From assembly GCA_041288045.1 (NCBI GenBank), contig JBGGMM010000094.1, forward strand, positions 1-15,541: DNA of 15,541 bases. Direction: 5' to 3'. The notes beneath the pieces were generated by a model that saw nothing but the letters and a program-made list of their open reading frames with translations, did no database searches and was not told the origin of the DNA. The stretch comes from Pseudobdellovibrionaceae bacterium. Its GTDB lineage: Bacteria > Bdellovibrionota > Bdellovibrionia > Bdellovibrionales > Bdellovibrionaceae. How positions within the stretch are numbered: the first letter of the stretch is position 1; the number at the start of each line of letters is the position of its first letter. Shown here piece by piece: positions 1 to 8,316 of the stretch. The position numbers and the translations under genes were made by a program.

Positions 1-2532
1 GCCGGTGCCTTGGCCGACCACGATCACAACTCCGGATTGAATTTTATTTTTCAGGTGATCTGTCACTTGTGCTAAAACTTCGCGGTCATCCAAAGCAAGG
101 TCAGCAAAGGCGATTTTTGAAGTGCCGGTTTTGGATTTGAATGATTTTGCCTTGTTTGCCAATTCATCAATGTTAATTGATCCGCCCTGGATTTTTTTGA
201 TTTCTTCTTTTTTCTTTTCAATGAAATCCATCAAAGAACCGGCCTGTTGATTGAGAATTTTTTCCCAATTGATATCAAGGCCTGCGGATCTTCGAGCATC
301 AAGAGCGTCATGCAAAGCTGAGCTGGCGTATTTCACAGCCGTATCGCCACTCAAAGCTTCGATTCTGCGCACGCCGGCGCTCACGCCACTTTCAGAGACG
401 ATTTTAAAAAGTCGGATTTGAGCTGTGTTAGAAACGTGGGTTCCGCCGCAGAGCTCAGTTGAGAAATCTCCCATTTTCAGAACACGAACTTCGTCACCGT
501 ACTTTTCGCCGAAAAGAGCCATGGCGCCTGAAGCGATCGCCTGTTTGTGAGCCATCAGGGTCGCAGTGACTGGAATCGCCTTGGAAATCTCGTCATTCAC
601 CAAAGATTCGATTTTCTCAAGTTCCTGAAACGTCAGTGCCTTACCATGAGTAAAATCAAAACGAATGCGAGAAGCATCCACCATTTGTCCGGCTTGAGTC
701 ACATGTGTGCCCAAAACTTTTCGCAAAGCTGAGTGCATGAGGTGAGTGGCCGAGTGATTGGCCGCTGTGTTTCGGCGCTCGCTTGAAAAGACCTCGGCAG
801 TGACAGAATCACTAACTTTGAGTTCTCCGGATTCAAGCTGGATATGATGCATGAAAATGTCGTTTTGTTTGGTGCAATCCAAAACTTTGGCTTGGCCTTT
901 TGTGCTTTTCAAAATTCCCTGATCACCGGCTTGGCCTCCGCCTTCCGCATAGAATGGAGTGCGATCTAAAATCACAACACCGCTTTGGCCCGCCTTCAAC
1001 ATCGGAGTTTGCGCAGAGCCCGTCGACAGAAAAAGAATCTGTGCTTGATCTGTCGTGGTTTCATATCCGGTAAAAACAGTCGCACTTTGTTTATTGGAAG
1101 CTTCTTGTGCAAGCTGAACAAGGTGGGCTTGATCGCTGCTGATGGCTTTGCCTTTCCAACTGGCTTTGGCTTTTTCTCGAGCGGCTTCCATTTCGAATTC
1201 AAATTTTTTCTCATCCACTGTGAAGTTTTGTTCTTCAGCCATGAGTCGGGTGAGATCGGCAGGAAACCCGTAAGTGTCGTACAATTTGAAAACCACATCA
1301 CCAGGAAGCTCTTTTTGATTCTTGGATTTCAGTTTGCTCAGTTCCTGATTTAAGATTGCAGTGCCAGTTCCAAGAGTCGTCATGAATCTTTCCTGCTCAT
1401 CGCGCAGATTGGAAAGAATGATATTTTGCCGCTCTTTCAACTCTGGGTACACTGAACTCATGTCTGAAATCAAAACTTCTGCAATTTGAGGCAAGAAGGG
1501 GGCTCCACCTGAAAGCATTTGGCTGAATCGAATGGCTCGGCGAAGAATTCGTCGAAGTACATAGCCTCGTCCCTCATTGGAAGGAAGAGCGCCGTCTGCA
1601 ATCAAAAAGGATGCGGAGCGAACATGATCGGCGACCACTCGAAGCGCGGCGACTTTTTGTCTGACATCGGTTGAGGCTTTTGAATTCACACCGTCCGTAT
1701 TCATTTTTTCAATTTCAGCAAGAAGCTGTGTTTGCCCTGAAATCTCAGCAGCTTTTTTGATCATCGGCCAGAACAGATCTGTATCATAATTGTTGAGCTT
1801 TCCTTGCATGGCTGCAACCACTCGCTCAAGTCCAGAGCCCGTATCCACTGAAGGCTTTGGTAGAGGCTCCATTTTTCCAGGCGCACTTTCAAAATATTGC
1901 ATGAAAACCAAGTTCCAAATTTCAACGAAACGATCTTCGCCAGCGGCAATTCCTTTGAATGGATCGGATTCGCGGCCCGCATGGGGACCATGATCATAAA
2001 AAATTTCGGTGCAGGGGCCACAGGGACCTGTATCGCCCATACGCCAGAAATTATCTTGGTCAAAACGGAAAATACGATCTTTGGGAACTCCCTCTTGTTT
2101 GTTCCAGATATCGGCCGCTTCATCATCCGAAAGGTGGACTGTCACATAGAGTTTTTCTTTCGGAATTCCGAGATCTTTAGTCAAAAACTCCCAAGCAAAC
2201 CGAATGGCGTCTTTTTTAAAGTAATCGCCAAAGGAAAAATTTCCGAGCATTTCAAAAAAAGTATGGTGTCTTGCTGTGAAGCCGACATTTTCAAGGTCAT
2301 TGTGTTTGCCACCGGCACGCACGCACTTTTGCGAGCTGACGGCCCGCTTGTAAGGACGGTTTTCAAGTCCAAGAAAAACATTTTTAAACTGATTCATTCC
2401 GGCATTGGCGAAAAGCAGGGTGGGATCATTTTCAGGAATAAGCGAAGAGCTGGCCACGGCTGTATGTCCGTTTTTTTCGAAATACTTGATAAATCGATTG
2501 CGAACTTCGTTACTCGACATCTTCTGGCTCAT
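1..2532 (-). CDS. alaS: Alanine--tRNA ligase (3' end runs off the left edge)
   Basis: Not in the ORF track because there is no stop in the window. Manual minus-strand translation from ATG 2532 (alternative ATG 2520): MSQKMSSNEVRNRFIKYFEKNGH...DPTLLFANAGMNQFK...QKCVRAGGKHNDLENVGFTARHHTFFEMLGNFSFGDYFK...ADHVRSASFLIADGALPSNEGRGYVLRRILRRA. Editing motifs NHSATHLMH and ELCGGTH are present. The same frame reads DHLKNKIQSGVVIVVGQGTG at position 1. Confidence 0.98.
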   Translation of the reverse strand, partial: MSQKMSSNEVRNRFIKYFEKNGHTAVASSSLIPENDPTLLFANAGMNQFKNVFLGLENRPYKRAVSSQKCVRAGGKHNDLENVGFTARHHTFFEMLGNFSFGDYFKKDAIRFAWEFLTKDLGIPKEKLYVTVHLSDDEAADIWNKQEGVPKDRIFRFDQDNFWRMGDTGPCGPCTEIFYDHGPHAGRESDPFKGIAAGEDRFVEIWNLVFMQYFESAPGKMEPLPKPSVDTGSGLERVVAAMQGKLNNYDTDLFWPMIKKAAEISGQTQLLAEIEKMNTDGVNSKASTDVRQKVAALRVVADHVRSASFLIADGALPSNEGRGYVLRRILRRAIRFSQMLSGGAPFLPQIAEVLISDMSSVYPELKERQNIILSNLRDEQERFMTTLGTGTAILNQELSKLKSKNQKELPGDVVFKLYDTYGFPADLTRLMAEEQNFTVDEKKFEFEMEAAREKAKASWKGKAISSDQAHLVQLAQEASNKQSATVFTGYETTTDQAQILFLSTGSAQTPMLKAGQSGVVILDRTPFYAEGGGQAGDQGILKSTKGQAKVLDCTKQNDIFMHHIQLESGELKVSDSVTAEVFSSERRNTAANHSATHLMHSALRKVLGTHVTQAGQMVDASRIRFDFTHGKALTFQELEKIESLVNDEISKAIPVTATLMAHKQAIASGAMALFGEKYGDEVRVLKMGDFSTELCGGTHVSNTAQIRLFKIVSESGVSAGVRRIEALSGDTAVKYASSALHDALDARRSAGLDINWEKILNQQAGSLMDFIEKKKEEIKKIQGGSINIDELANKAKSFKSKTGTSKIAFADLALDDREVLAQVTDHLKNKIQSGVVIVVGQGTG

Positions 2533-2980
2533 AAATGACCTTTCGTACGATCTCCATTGGAAAACCGCGGGAGGCAAGGAAGCGGCCGACTTTGGCCTTG
2601 TCCTTGCGATCCATTTTGTTCACATCGGAAAATTTATTCTTCACAAGCTCACGAGCTTTATCAAGCTCTTCAGTAAAATCCGGGGCGACTTGCGGAAGAC
2701 CCTTTTCTTTTAAATAATGATTGATGTAATGGGTGCCTTTGCCTTTTCGTCGGAGCTCAGACGCCGTTTTCTCAGACAGGGCCTGGGTGTCTTCAGGACT
2801 GTTGGGGAGCCAGCCATTTTCTTTCCCATATTGAATGGCTTTTTCAATTTCTTCAGGGGTAAAGCGACTTTTCAGCTTCTTTCGAAGCTCTTTCTCGGAG
2901 TGATCGCGACGTGCCAAGAAGTCCATCATTTTATTTCTGGCCGAAGCTTGGGGACGAGGTCGAGAAGAGTCTTTTTCCAT
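2510..2980 (-). CDS. recX: Regulatory protein RecX
   Basis: Motifs FLARRDHSEKELRKKL, RKGKGTHYINHYLKEKGL and KVGRFLASRGFPMEIVRKVI are typical of RecX. It lies directly upstream of and overlaps alaS. Start chosen at ATG 2980 (MEKDSS); the ORF track uses 3016. Confidence 0.93.
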   Translation of the reverse strand: MEKDSSRPRPQASARNKMMDFLARRDHSEKELRKKLKSRFTPEEIEKAIQYGKENGWLPNSPEDTQALSEKTASELRRKGKGTHYINHYLKEKGLPQVAPDFTEELDKARELVKNKFSDVNKMDRKDKAKVGRFLASRGFPMEIVRKVIYEPEDVE

Positions 2981-3059
2981 AGGGATGTTATAGACAGAAA
3001 CACCCACTTTAGTCATCCTATTTAGGTCGCAAATTCATGACGACCAACAAGGAGGATTG

Positions 3060-3542
3060 ATGAAAGCTATTCTTATTGCTGTGCTCACAATGATGGGAGC
3101 ATCAGCATTTGCCGGAGACGCCGGATGTGGACTGGGCAGTGTGATTATTCAGAAAAATTCAAAGGGTTTGCAGCTTTTGGCAATGACCACCAATGGCTCT
3201 TTTCTGACCCAGGCCTTTGGGATCACTTCTGGAACTTCCAATTGCTCTTCAAATGGAATTGTTCAAAATGAGCGTCAGATCGAATACTTCGTTGAAATCA
3301 ATCACGACGATTTGTCACGGGAAATGGCTCAGGGAAAAGGCGAGAAGCTCAACACTCTGGCTGTTCTTCACGGCTGCCAAACATCCGAAGCTCAATCTGC
3401 TTTTGCCGATATGACTCAGACTTCTTTTGAGAAAATCGTTCCTTCAGCTGAAACCAAAGCTGATGCCATGATTCAGAATCTGAAATCTGAAATGGCTCAG
3501 AATCAAAAAGTGACAGGCCTCTGCCAAGTCGCTTCTTTGTAA
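3060..3542 (+). CDS. DUF3015 family secreted protein
   Basis: Signal peptide (MKAILIAVLTMMGASAFA). Motifs AGCGLGS, TTN, FGITSGTSNC and LSREMAQGKGEKLNTLA..GC are recognised as DUF3015. Strong SD AAGGAGG at 3049-3055 before ATG 3060. Confidence 0.85.
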   Translation: MKAILIAVLTMMGASAFAGDAGCGLGSVIIQKNSKGLQLLAMTTNGSFLTQAFGITSGTSNCSSNGIVQNERQIEYFVEINHDDLSREMAQGKGEKLNTLAVLHGCQTSEAQSAFADMTQTSFEKIVPSAETKADAMIQNLKSEMAQNQKVTGLCQVASL

Positions 3543-3562
3543 GATCTGATTGAAATTCAATC

Positions 3563-3603
3563 AAAAGCCAGCTGTCATGCATGCGATGAAGCTGGCTTTT
3601 TTT
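3563..3603 (+). terminator. Terminator/attenuator-like hairpin overlapping the DUF4105 start region
   Basis: AAAAGCCAGCT (3563-3573) and AGCTGGCTTTT (3590-3600) form a perfect 11-bp inverted repeat with an inner TCAT/ATGA pair. A T7 run follows at 3597-3603. Confidence 0.6.
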
Positions 3604-5364
3604 ATTTTCCTTTTCGCGCTGACAGCTCAAGCGGAACCCGACGCATTTTCGCCGGAATGGTTGAACCTCCTGCATATGAAACGGTCCATTTTCAGCAATT
3701 ATTCATCGGACGTCCTCGGAGAAGGGTTTTTCCTGAGCTCAAATGGAGCCCAAGATCCACAAGCGGAACTGCAAGCGACGATTGAAGCGATGTTCGGTGG
3801 AAACTCTAAGCAAACTCAAACAGCTCAGTGTCGATTTCTGGCACGAAGAGAATATCTTCTGAGAACCGGTCCAGAAAAATGGAAATCGCAGGTCCAAATC
3901 TGCCAATTTTCTGAAGAGTGGCTTCGAAAGCTCAACGCCACAAAAGTGACTTTGGTTTTTGCTTCAGCCTATCTGAATTCGGCAGCTTCCAGTTTTGGCC
4001 ACACTTTTTTGAAACTGCAAAATCCAGAAAATGAAGCCGGCAAAGATCTTCTGAACTATGGGATCAATTTTGCCGCCAGGACAGAAGAAACTCGAGGCGC
4101 ACTTTATGCGCTTTACGGATTGACAGGATTTTTTCCAGGGGCTTTTTCGATGACTCCCTACCATCAAATGATCAAAGACTACACCCATCTCGAGGGCCGC
4201 GACATTTGGGAGTATGAACTGGATCTCCAACCCGAAGAAGTCAGGCGCATGCTTTTTCATTTGCTAGAGCTGGATCGAAATTATTTTGATTATTATTTTC
4301 TCGATGACAATTGTTCTTACGCCATTTTGAAAATTCTTGAAGTCGCTCGGCCCGGATTGAAATTGACGGATGAAGAAGAATTTTTCGTGATCCCTTTGGA
4401 CACTGTTAAATTGGCATTGCCTTTGGTGAAGGATATTCACTTTCGACCCTCTTTGGAAACTGAATGGAGACAAAGAAAGAGTCACTTACCTCAGGACGAG
4501 ATCAAAAAATTACTGGAGCTTAATGAGAGCCAGGATTTGAAAGAACTTCCGACGCTTTCTACAGAGGCCCTGACGGCTGCTCAATACTATGTGAGCCTCA
4601 AAGGAAATCAGAAAAAATGGCAGGATCTGAATTACGCTCTTTCGCGAGAAAGGGCTAAAAGGAGTTCTGATTCGGAAAAATTCCAAATTCAAAGGCCTTC
4701 CTTTTCGCCGGATGAAGGGCCGCATTCATCAGCAGTGCAAATGGGATTTCATCAGCAAAGTGAAAAGAAATCTTTGCTGCTTGGTTTTCATTCGGCTTTT
4801 CATGATCAGCTCTCGCGAAACGTGGGGGCTTCGCCTTTTAGCCATTTGGAAGTCCTCGGGCTTCAAGCGCTCGCAACTTCTGGCGAACAAATTTTGCTGC
4901 AGAAATACCGCCTTTTAGAGACTCTTTCCACAGAGAGTATTTCACAATTTGAAAAACCTTTGAGCTGGGGGATTTTAGCTGGAGGAGAAGCATCGCCTTT
5001 GGAGCCCACTCGGATGCGCAATCAAGTTTCGGGACGTCTGGGATACAGTTATGATTTTCTCCCGGATCGAGTGCGAGCAAGTGGTCTTGCCGTCCTGGGA
5101 CTTCAGCAAGATCTGGAGCAGAACTTTCAGTTCGCGCCGGGCCTTCAAACAAAGGCCTGGATTCTGTGGACGCCGGAAATCCGCACTCTTCTTCAATATG
5201 AAAAACTTTTTTTCCCATCCCACACTCAAGTCACCTGGAAAGCCGGGCAGGCCGTCGATGTCAGTCGGCAATTGGAAGTCCGCTGGGAGTGGAGACAGTT
5301 TGAAGAAAATGAGGAAATGGCTGTGGAAAACTCTCTCTCGCTGTATCAAAATTTCCTCTTTTGA
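3586..5364 (+). CDS. DUF4105 (Lnb N-terminal-like) domain protein with probable C-terminal outer-membrane beta-barrel
   Basis: Signal peptide MKLAFFIFLFALTAQA from ATG 3586 (alternatives 3577, 3550). Motifs WLNLLH, QCRFLAR, SSFGHTFL, YTHLEGRDIWEYEL and YYFLDDNCS are typical of DUF4105. The C-terminus has alternating beta-strand character and ends in YQNFLF. Confidence 0.8.
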   Translation: MKLAFFIFLFALTAQAEPDAFSPEWLNLLHMKRSIFSNYSSDVLGEGFFLSSNGAQDPQAELQATIEAMFGGNSKQTQTAQCRFLARREYLLRTGPEKWKSQVQICQFSEEWLRKLNATKVTLVFASAYLNSAASSFGHTFLKLQNPENEAGKDLLNYGINFAARTEETRGALYALYGLTGFFPGAFSMTPYHQMIKDYTHLEGRDIWEYELDLQPEEVRRMLFHLLELDRNYFDYYFLDDNCSYAILKILEVARPGLKLTDEEEFFVIPLDTVKLALPLVKDIHFRPSLETEWRQRKSHLPQDEIKKLLELNESQDLKELPTLSTEALTAAQYYVSLKGNQKKWQDLNYALSRERAKRSSDSEKFQIQRPSFSPDEGPHSSAVQMGFHQQSEKKSLLLGFHSAFHDQLSRNVGASPFSHLEVLGLQALATSGEQILLQKYRLLETLSTESISQFEKPLSWGILAGGEASPLEPTRMRNQVSGRLGYSYDFLPDRVRASGLAVLGLQQDLEQNFQFAPGLQTKAWILWTPEIRTLLQYEKLFFPSHTQVTWKAGQAVDVSRQLEVRWEWRQFEENEEMAVENSLSLYQNFLF

Positions 5365-5431
5365 GGACAAGTTTTCTAACTCGACTAGTTATAATTAGAA
5401 AGACTCTCTCAGGTAGGATAGGACCCAGTTT

Positions 5432-6010
5432 ATGACACCGGCATTAGAGTATTCCATCCAGGAGCTGAAGCTCTCGGATTTACCTGCATTGAAAGAATTC
5501 ACAGACCGTGAAATCGGTGCTGGTTATTACACTTTGTCAGAGCTTGAGGATATTTATCAAAGATCCCGCATTTGGGATCGAATGTGCTCTCTAGTCCTCA
5601 AAAAAGGGGAGCAAATCGAAGGCGTGCGCATCACTTATCCTCCTGGCCATTGGAGCCATGGAAAAGGCGAAGGGCTCTCAATTGAAAAATGGCCTTATCC
5701 TCTTTCGCAGACGGCTTACTTTCAGTCTTTGTTTCTTTCGCAGGCGGTTCAGGGACAAGGTTGGGGAGGCCGCCTCTCGGAATGTTCTTTGGAAATTCTC
5801 AAAAGCGTTGGGGCAAAAGGAGTGGTCTGCCATTCCTGGAAGGAAAGTCCCAACAATTCGTCTGGTAAATATTTGGAAAAGTTAGGGTTTCAAGTCATCA
5901 AAGAACATCCGCTTTACTGGCAGCACGTGAATTACATTTGCACACGCTGTGGGAAACCACCGTGCCAGTGCACGGCTCAAGAAATGTATCTCAAATTGGA
6001 GGCTCGATGA
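5432..6010 (+). CDS. GNAT family N-acetyltransferase with C-terminal Cys cluster
   Basis: Motif A QGQGWGGRL, NxxSxxYLEKLGF, and C-terminal CTRCGKPPCQC. Confidence 0.8.
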   Translation: MTPALEYSIQELKLSDLPALKEFTDREIGAGYYTLSELEDIYQRSRIWDRMCSLVLKKGEQIEGVRITYPPGHWSHGKGEGLSIEKWPYPLSQTAYFQSLFLSQAVQGQGWGGRLSECSLEILKSVGAKGVVCHSWKESPNNSSGKYLEKLGFQVIKEHPLYWQHVNYICTRCGKPPCQCTAQEMYLKLEAR

Positions 6011-7179
6011 GCACATCATACTGGTTGGACAGAACGCCCTCATCGCAAAAGAGAAGTTTCGATATCATCATTGTTGGAGCTGGCGTGACAGGTCTCTCGA
6101 CGGCTTACTGGCTTGAGAAGGAAGACCCACAACTCAAAATCGCAATTGTGGAAAAAAATCGAGTGGCCTTTGGGGCTTCTGGAAGAAACGCAGGTTTTAT
6201 CACTTGTGGCTCGGTGGAACACTTCAATCGCATGATTTCAAAGCATGGTCTCGAGAAGGCTCTCGAGATCTGGAAATTTTCAGAGACCAATCTGAAGCTC
6301 CTGCAAGAAGAAATCATTCAAGATCGCGGTGATCAGATCCAGTTCGAGAAAAAAGGGGCCTTCTCTTTGGCCGCTCAGGAAAATGAATTTCAAGAGCTCA
6401 AGAAAGTTTCTGAAATCATGACAGGCCTTAAAATTCCGAACGAGATTTTAGAAGGACGCGATGTTGAAAGAAGACTGGGAGCTGTGAATTTCGTTGGTGG
6501 CATCAAATACAGTGATGATGCCTCGACAAATCCTGTGGAGCTTTTGGGTCTGATCCGTGGCAAATTGCGATCTCCCATTTTTGAATCCACTGAAGCTTAC
6601 AAAATTGAAACTACGAGCGACGGCACGAAAATTCTAAAAACCGATCAGGGAGATTTTGAATCTTCGATGGTGGTTTTGGCCCTCAATGGCTATTCGGCCA
6701 ACTTGCATCCTTACTTCAAGGACAAAATTTTTCCAACTCGCGGTCAGTGTCTGATGATGGAAAGAGTTCCTCGCTTTATGGAGGGACCTTGTTACGCCAA
6801 TTTTTATCTGGATTATTTCCGTCAAACTCCGTCAGGTGAATTGCTGATCGGTGGATTTCGACAAATGGAAAAAGCAACCGAAGTCGGCTATTCCGACCAT
6901 GTCACCGAAGTGATTCAAAATTCTTTGCATCAATTTGTGGTCACTTATCTTCCGAAGCTTGCAGAAGCCAAAGTCACTCATCGCTGGGGTGGGGTGATGG
7001 GCTTTGCCAAAGACGGGGAGCCCATGGTTGGCTCCATTCCCGATGATCCATCGATTTTCTTCGCTGGGGGCTATACCGGACATGGAATTGGTCTGGCTTT
7101 CCATACAGGAAAAACTTTGGTGGATTCGATTTTTGGTCGTGAGATTCCGGCCTGGATTTCAGCTCGCCGTTTTGGCTGA
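6007..7179 (+). CDS. FAD-dependent oxidoreductase, DAO/DadA/PuuB-like family
   Basis: Motifs SYW, DIIIVGAGVTGLSTAY (GxGxxG), GASGRNAG, WGGVMG and GYTGHGIG. ATG 6007 overlaps the GNAT stop (ATGA) and has SD GGAGG at 5998-6002. Confidence 0.9.
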   Translation: MSTSYWLDRTPSSQKRSFDIIIVGAGVTGLSTAYWLEKEDPQLKIAIVEKNRVAFGASGRNAGFITCGSVEHFNRMISKHGLEKALEIWKFSETNLKLLQEEIIQDRGDQIQFEKKGAFSLAAQENEFQELKKVSEIMTGLKIPNEILEGRDVERRLGAVNFVGGIKYSDDASTNPVELLGLIRGKLRSPIFESTEAYKIETTSDGTKILKTDQGDFESSMVVLALNGYSANLHPYFKDKIFPTRGQCLMMERVPRFMEGPCYANFYLDYFRQTPSGELLIGGFRQMEKATEVGYSDHVTEVIQNSLHQFVVTYLPKLAEAKVTHRWGGVMGFAKDGEPMVGSIPDDPSIFFAGGYTGHGIGLAFHTGKTLVDSIFGREIPAWISARRFG

Positions 7180-7232
7180 TCCGGCGACAGAGGGGCGCAT
7201 CAAAACCGGCGGTTTTTGACACATCTTCAGAA

Positions 7233-7724
7233 GTGAGAGAGCCTCTCTCCGTGGATTCAATTGCAAAACAAATTGCTACTTTTTTTGGCATCGGCAAAGC
7301 TCCAAAAGCGCCCGGAACTTTTGGTACCTTGGCAGCTTTGCCCTTGGCTTTAGGGCTTAATTTTTTAGGCCCTTTCTATATCATGGGATTCGTTCTGCTT
7401 TTCACTCCAGTTGCCATTTGGGCTTGTGATCGGCATTGCAAAAATCTTCAAGCTGAAGATCCCCAGGAAATCGTCATTGATGAAGTTCTCGGTTTTGTGA
7501 TTGCGATGACGTGGCTTCCCATGACCTGGCAGGCTTATGTGGCGGGCTTTATCCTGTTTCGAGTGCTGGACATCACGAAGCCGCTGCTCATAGGATATCT
7601 AGACAGGAAACTCTCGGGCGGCTTTGGAGTCATGGCCGATGACATTGTCGCCGGAGTTGTGAGCAATATTTTTCTCCAGGTTTTGTATTCTCAGACCACT
7701 TGGTTGGGAGCGCAAATTCGATGA
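7233..7724 (+). CDS. pgpA: Phosphatidylglycerophosphatase A
   Basis: Motifs ATFFGIGKAPKAPGTFGT, DPQEIVIDEVLG, FILFRVLDITKP and GGFGVMADDIVAG. The exact start is uncertain (GTG 7233 or 7251). Confidence 0.95.
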   Translation: MREPLSVDSIAKQIATFFGIGKAPKAPGTFGTLAALPLALGLNFLGPFYIMGFVLLFTPVAIWACDRHCKNLQAEDPQEIVIDEVLGFVIAMTWLPMTWQAYVAGFILFRVLDITKPLLIGYLDRKLSGGFGVMADDIVAGVVSNIFLQVLYSQTTWLGAQIR

Positions 7725-8200
7725 ATGTATGTTCGCAAAACCTGCAGTCTGCCATTGAAAAATTACGCTCTCGAAAGCAGACTGTCGGGTTCGGAGAGAG
7801 CTGTACGGGAGGATTGCTAGCAGCAACACTCGCGGCATTGCCTGGTGTTTCGGATATTTTCTTGGGCTCAGTGGTGAGCTACTCGAACCAGGCGAAAGTG
7901 GATCTCCTCGGGGTTTCTTGGAGCGTTCTCAAGGTGGAGGGCGCAGTGAGCGGCACAGTCGCTCGGCAAATGGCGCAAGGAGTGCGCAATCAATTGAAAT
8001 GTCATTGGTCCGTGACTATCACGGGGATCGCAGGTCCGACAGGCGGAACAGAATTCAAGCCGGTAGGAACTGTGTGGTTCGCTGTCATTGGTCCCGGTTT
8101 TGATACGACTGAAAGAAAATTATTTTCTGGCAGTCGGACAGAAATTCAAAAGCAAGCGGTCGATTTTGCGATCGAACTTCTTTTGAAGTCCATGGGTTAA
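7721..8200 (+). CDS. cinA: CinA C-terminal domain / nicotinamide-nucleotide amidohydrolase (PncC) family protein
   Basis: Motifs ESCTGGL, YSNQAK, GAVS...ARQMAQG and ITGIAGPTGGT..KPVGTVW. ATG 7721 overlaps the pgpA stop (ATGA). Canonical position upstream of recA. Confidence 0.92.
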   Translation: MNVCSQNLQSAIEKLRSRKQTVGFGESCTGGLLAATLAALPGVSDIFLGSVVSYSNQAKVDLLGVSWSVLKVEGAVSGTVARQMAQGVRNQLKCHWSVTITGIAGPTGGTEFKPVGTVWFAVIGPGFDTTERKLFSGSRTEIQKQAVDFAIELLLKSMG

Positions 8201-8316
8201 GGATCTGACGCCGTCAAATCCTCGGTGCAAAGCCGAACGTCAGAGGGTGGAGCTAGAAAAAAACACTAACTAACGCGTCCGCAAGAGTTTGCGGAGAAGA
8301 AAGAGGAAATGAAATT

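Noticed and set aside
547..2538. Many ORF-track ORFs (e.g. 985-1353 +, 1897-2538 +, 996-1301 -, 1761-2126 -)
   Set aside because: Antisense or out-of-frame shadows of alaS, which occupies 1-2532 on the minus strand.
5373..5401. TATAAT at 5390-5395 within a TTTCTAA/TTAGAAA inverted repeat upstream of the GNAT
   Set aside because: No -35 at proper spacing and no TGn extension. It could be a promoter or operator, but the evidence is too weak to call.
5938..6006. N-terminal extension of the oxidoreductase in the ORF track (likewise 7700-7720 for cinA)
   Set aside because: Better ATG starts overlap the upstream stop codons (6007 and 7721).
7201..7250. TTGACA at 7216-7221 and small hairpins before pgpA
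   Set aside because: No convincing -10 at 16-18 bp spacing, and the stems are short.
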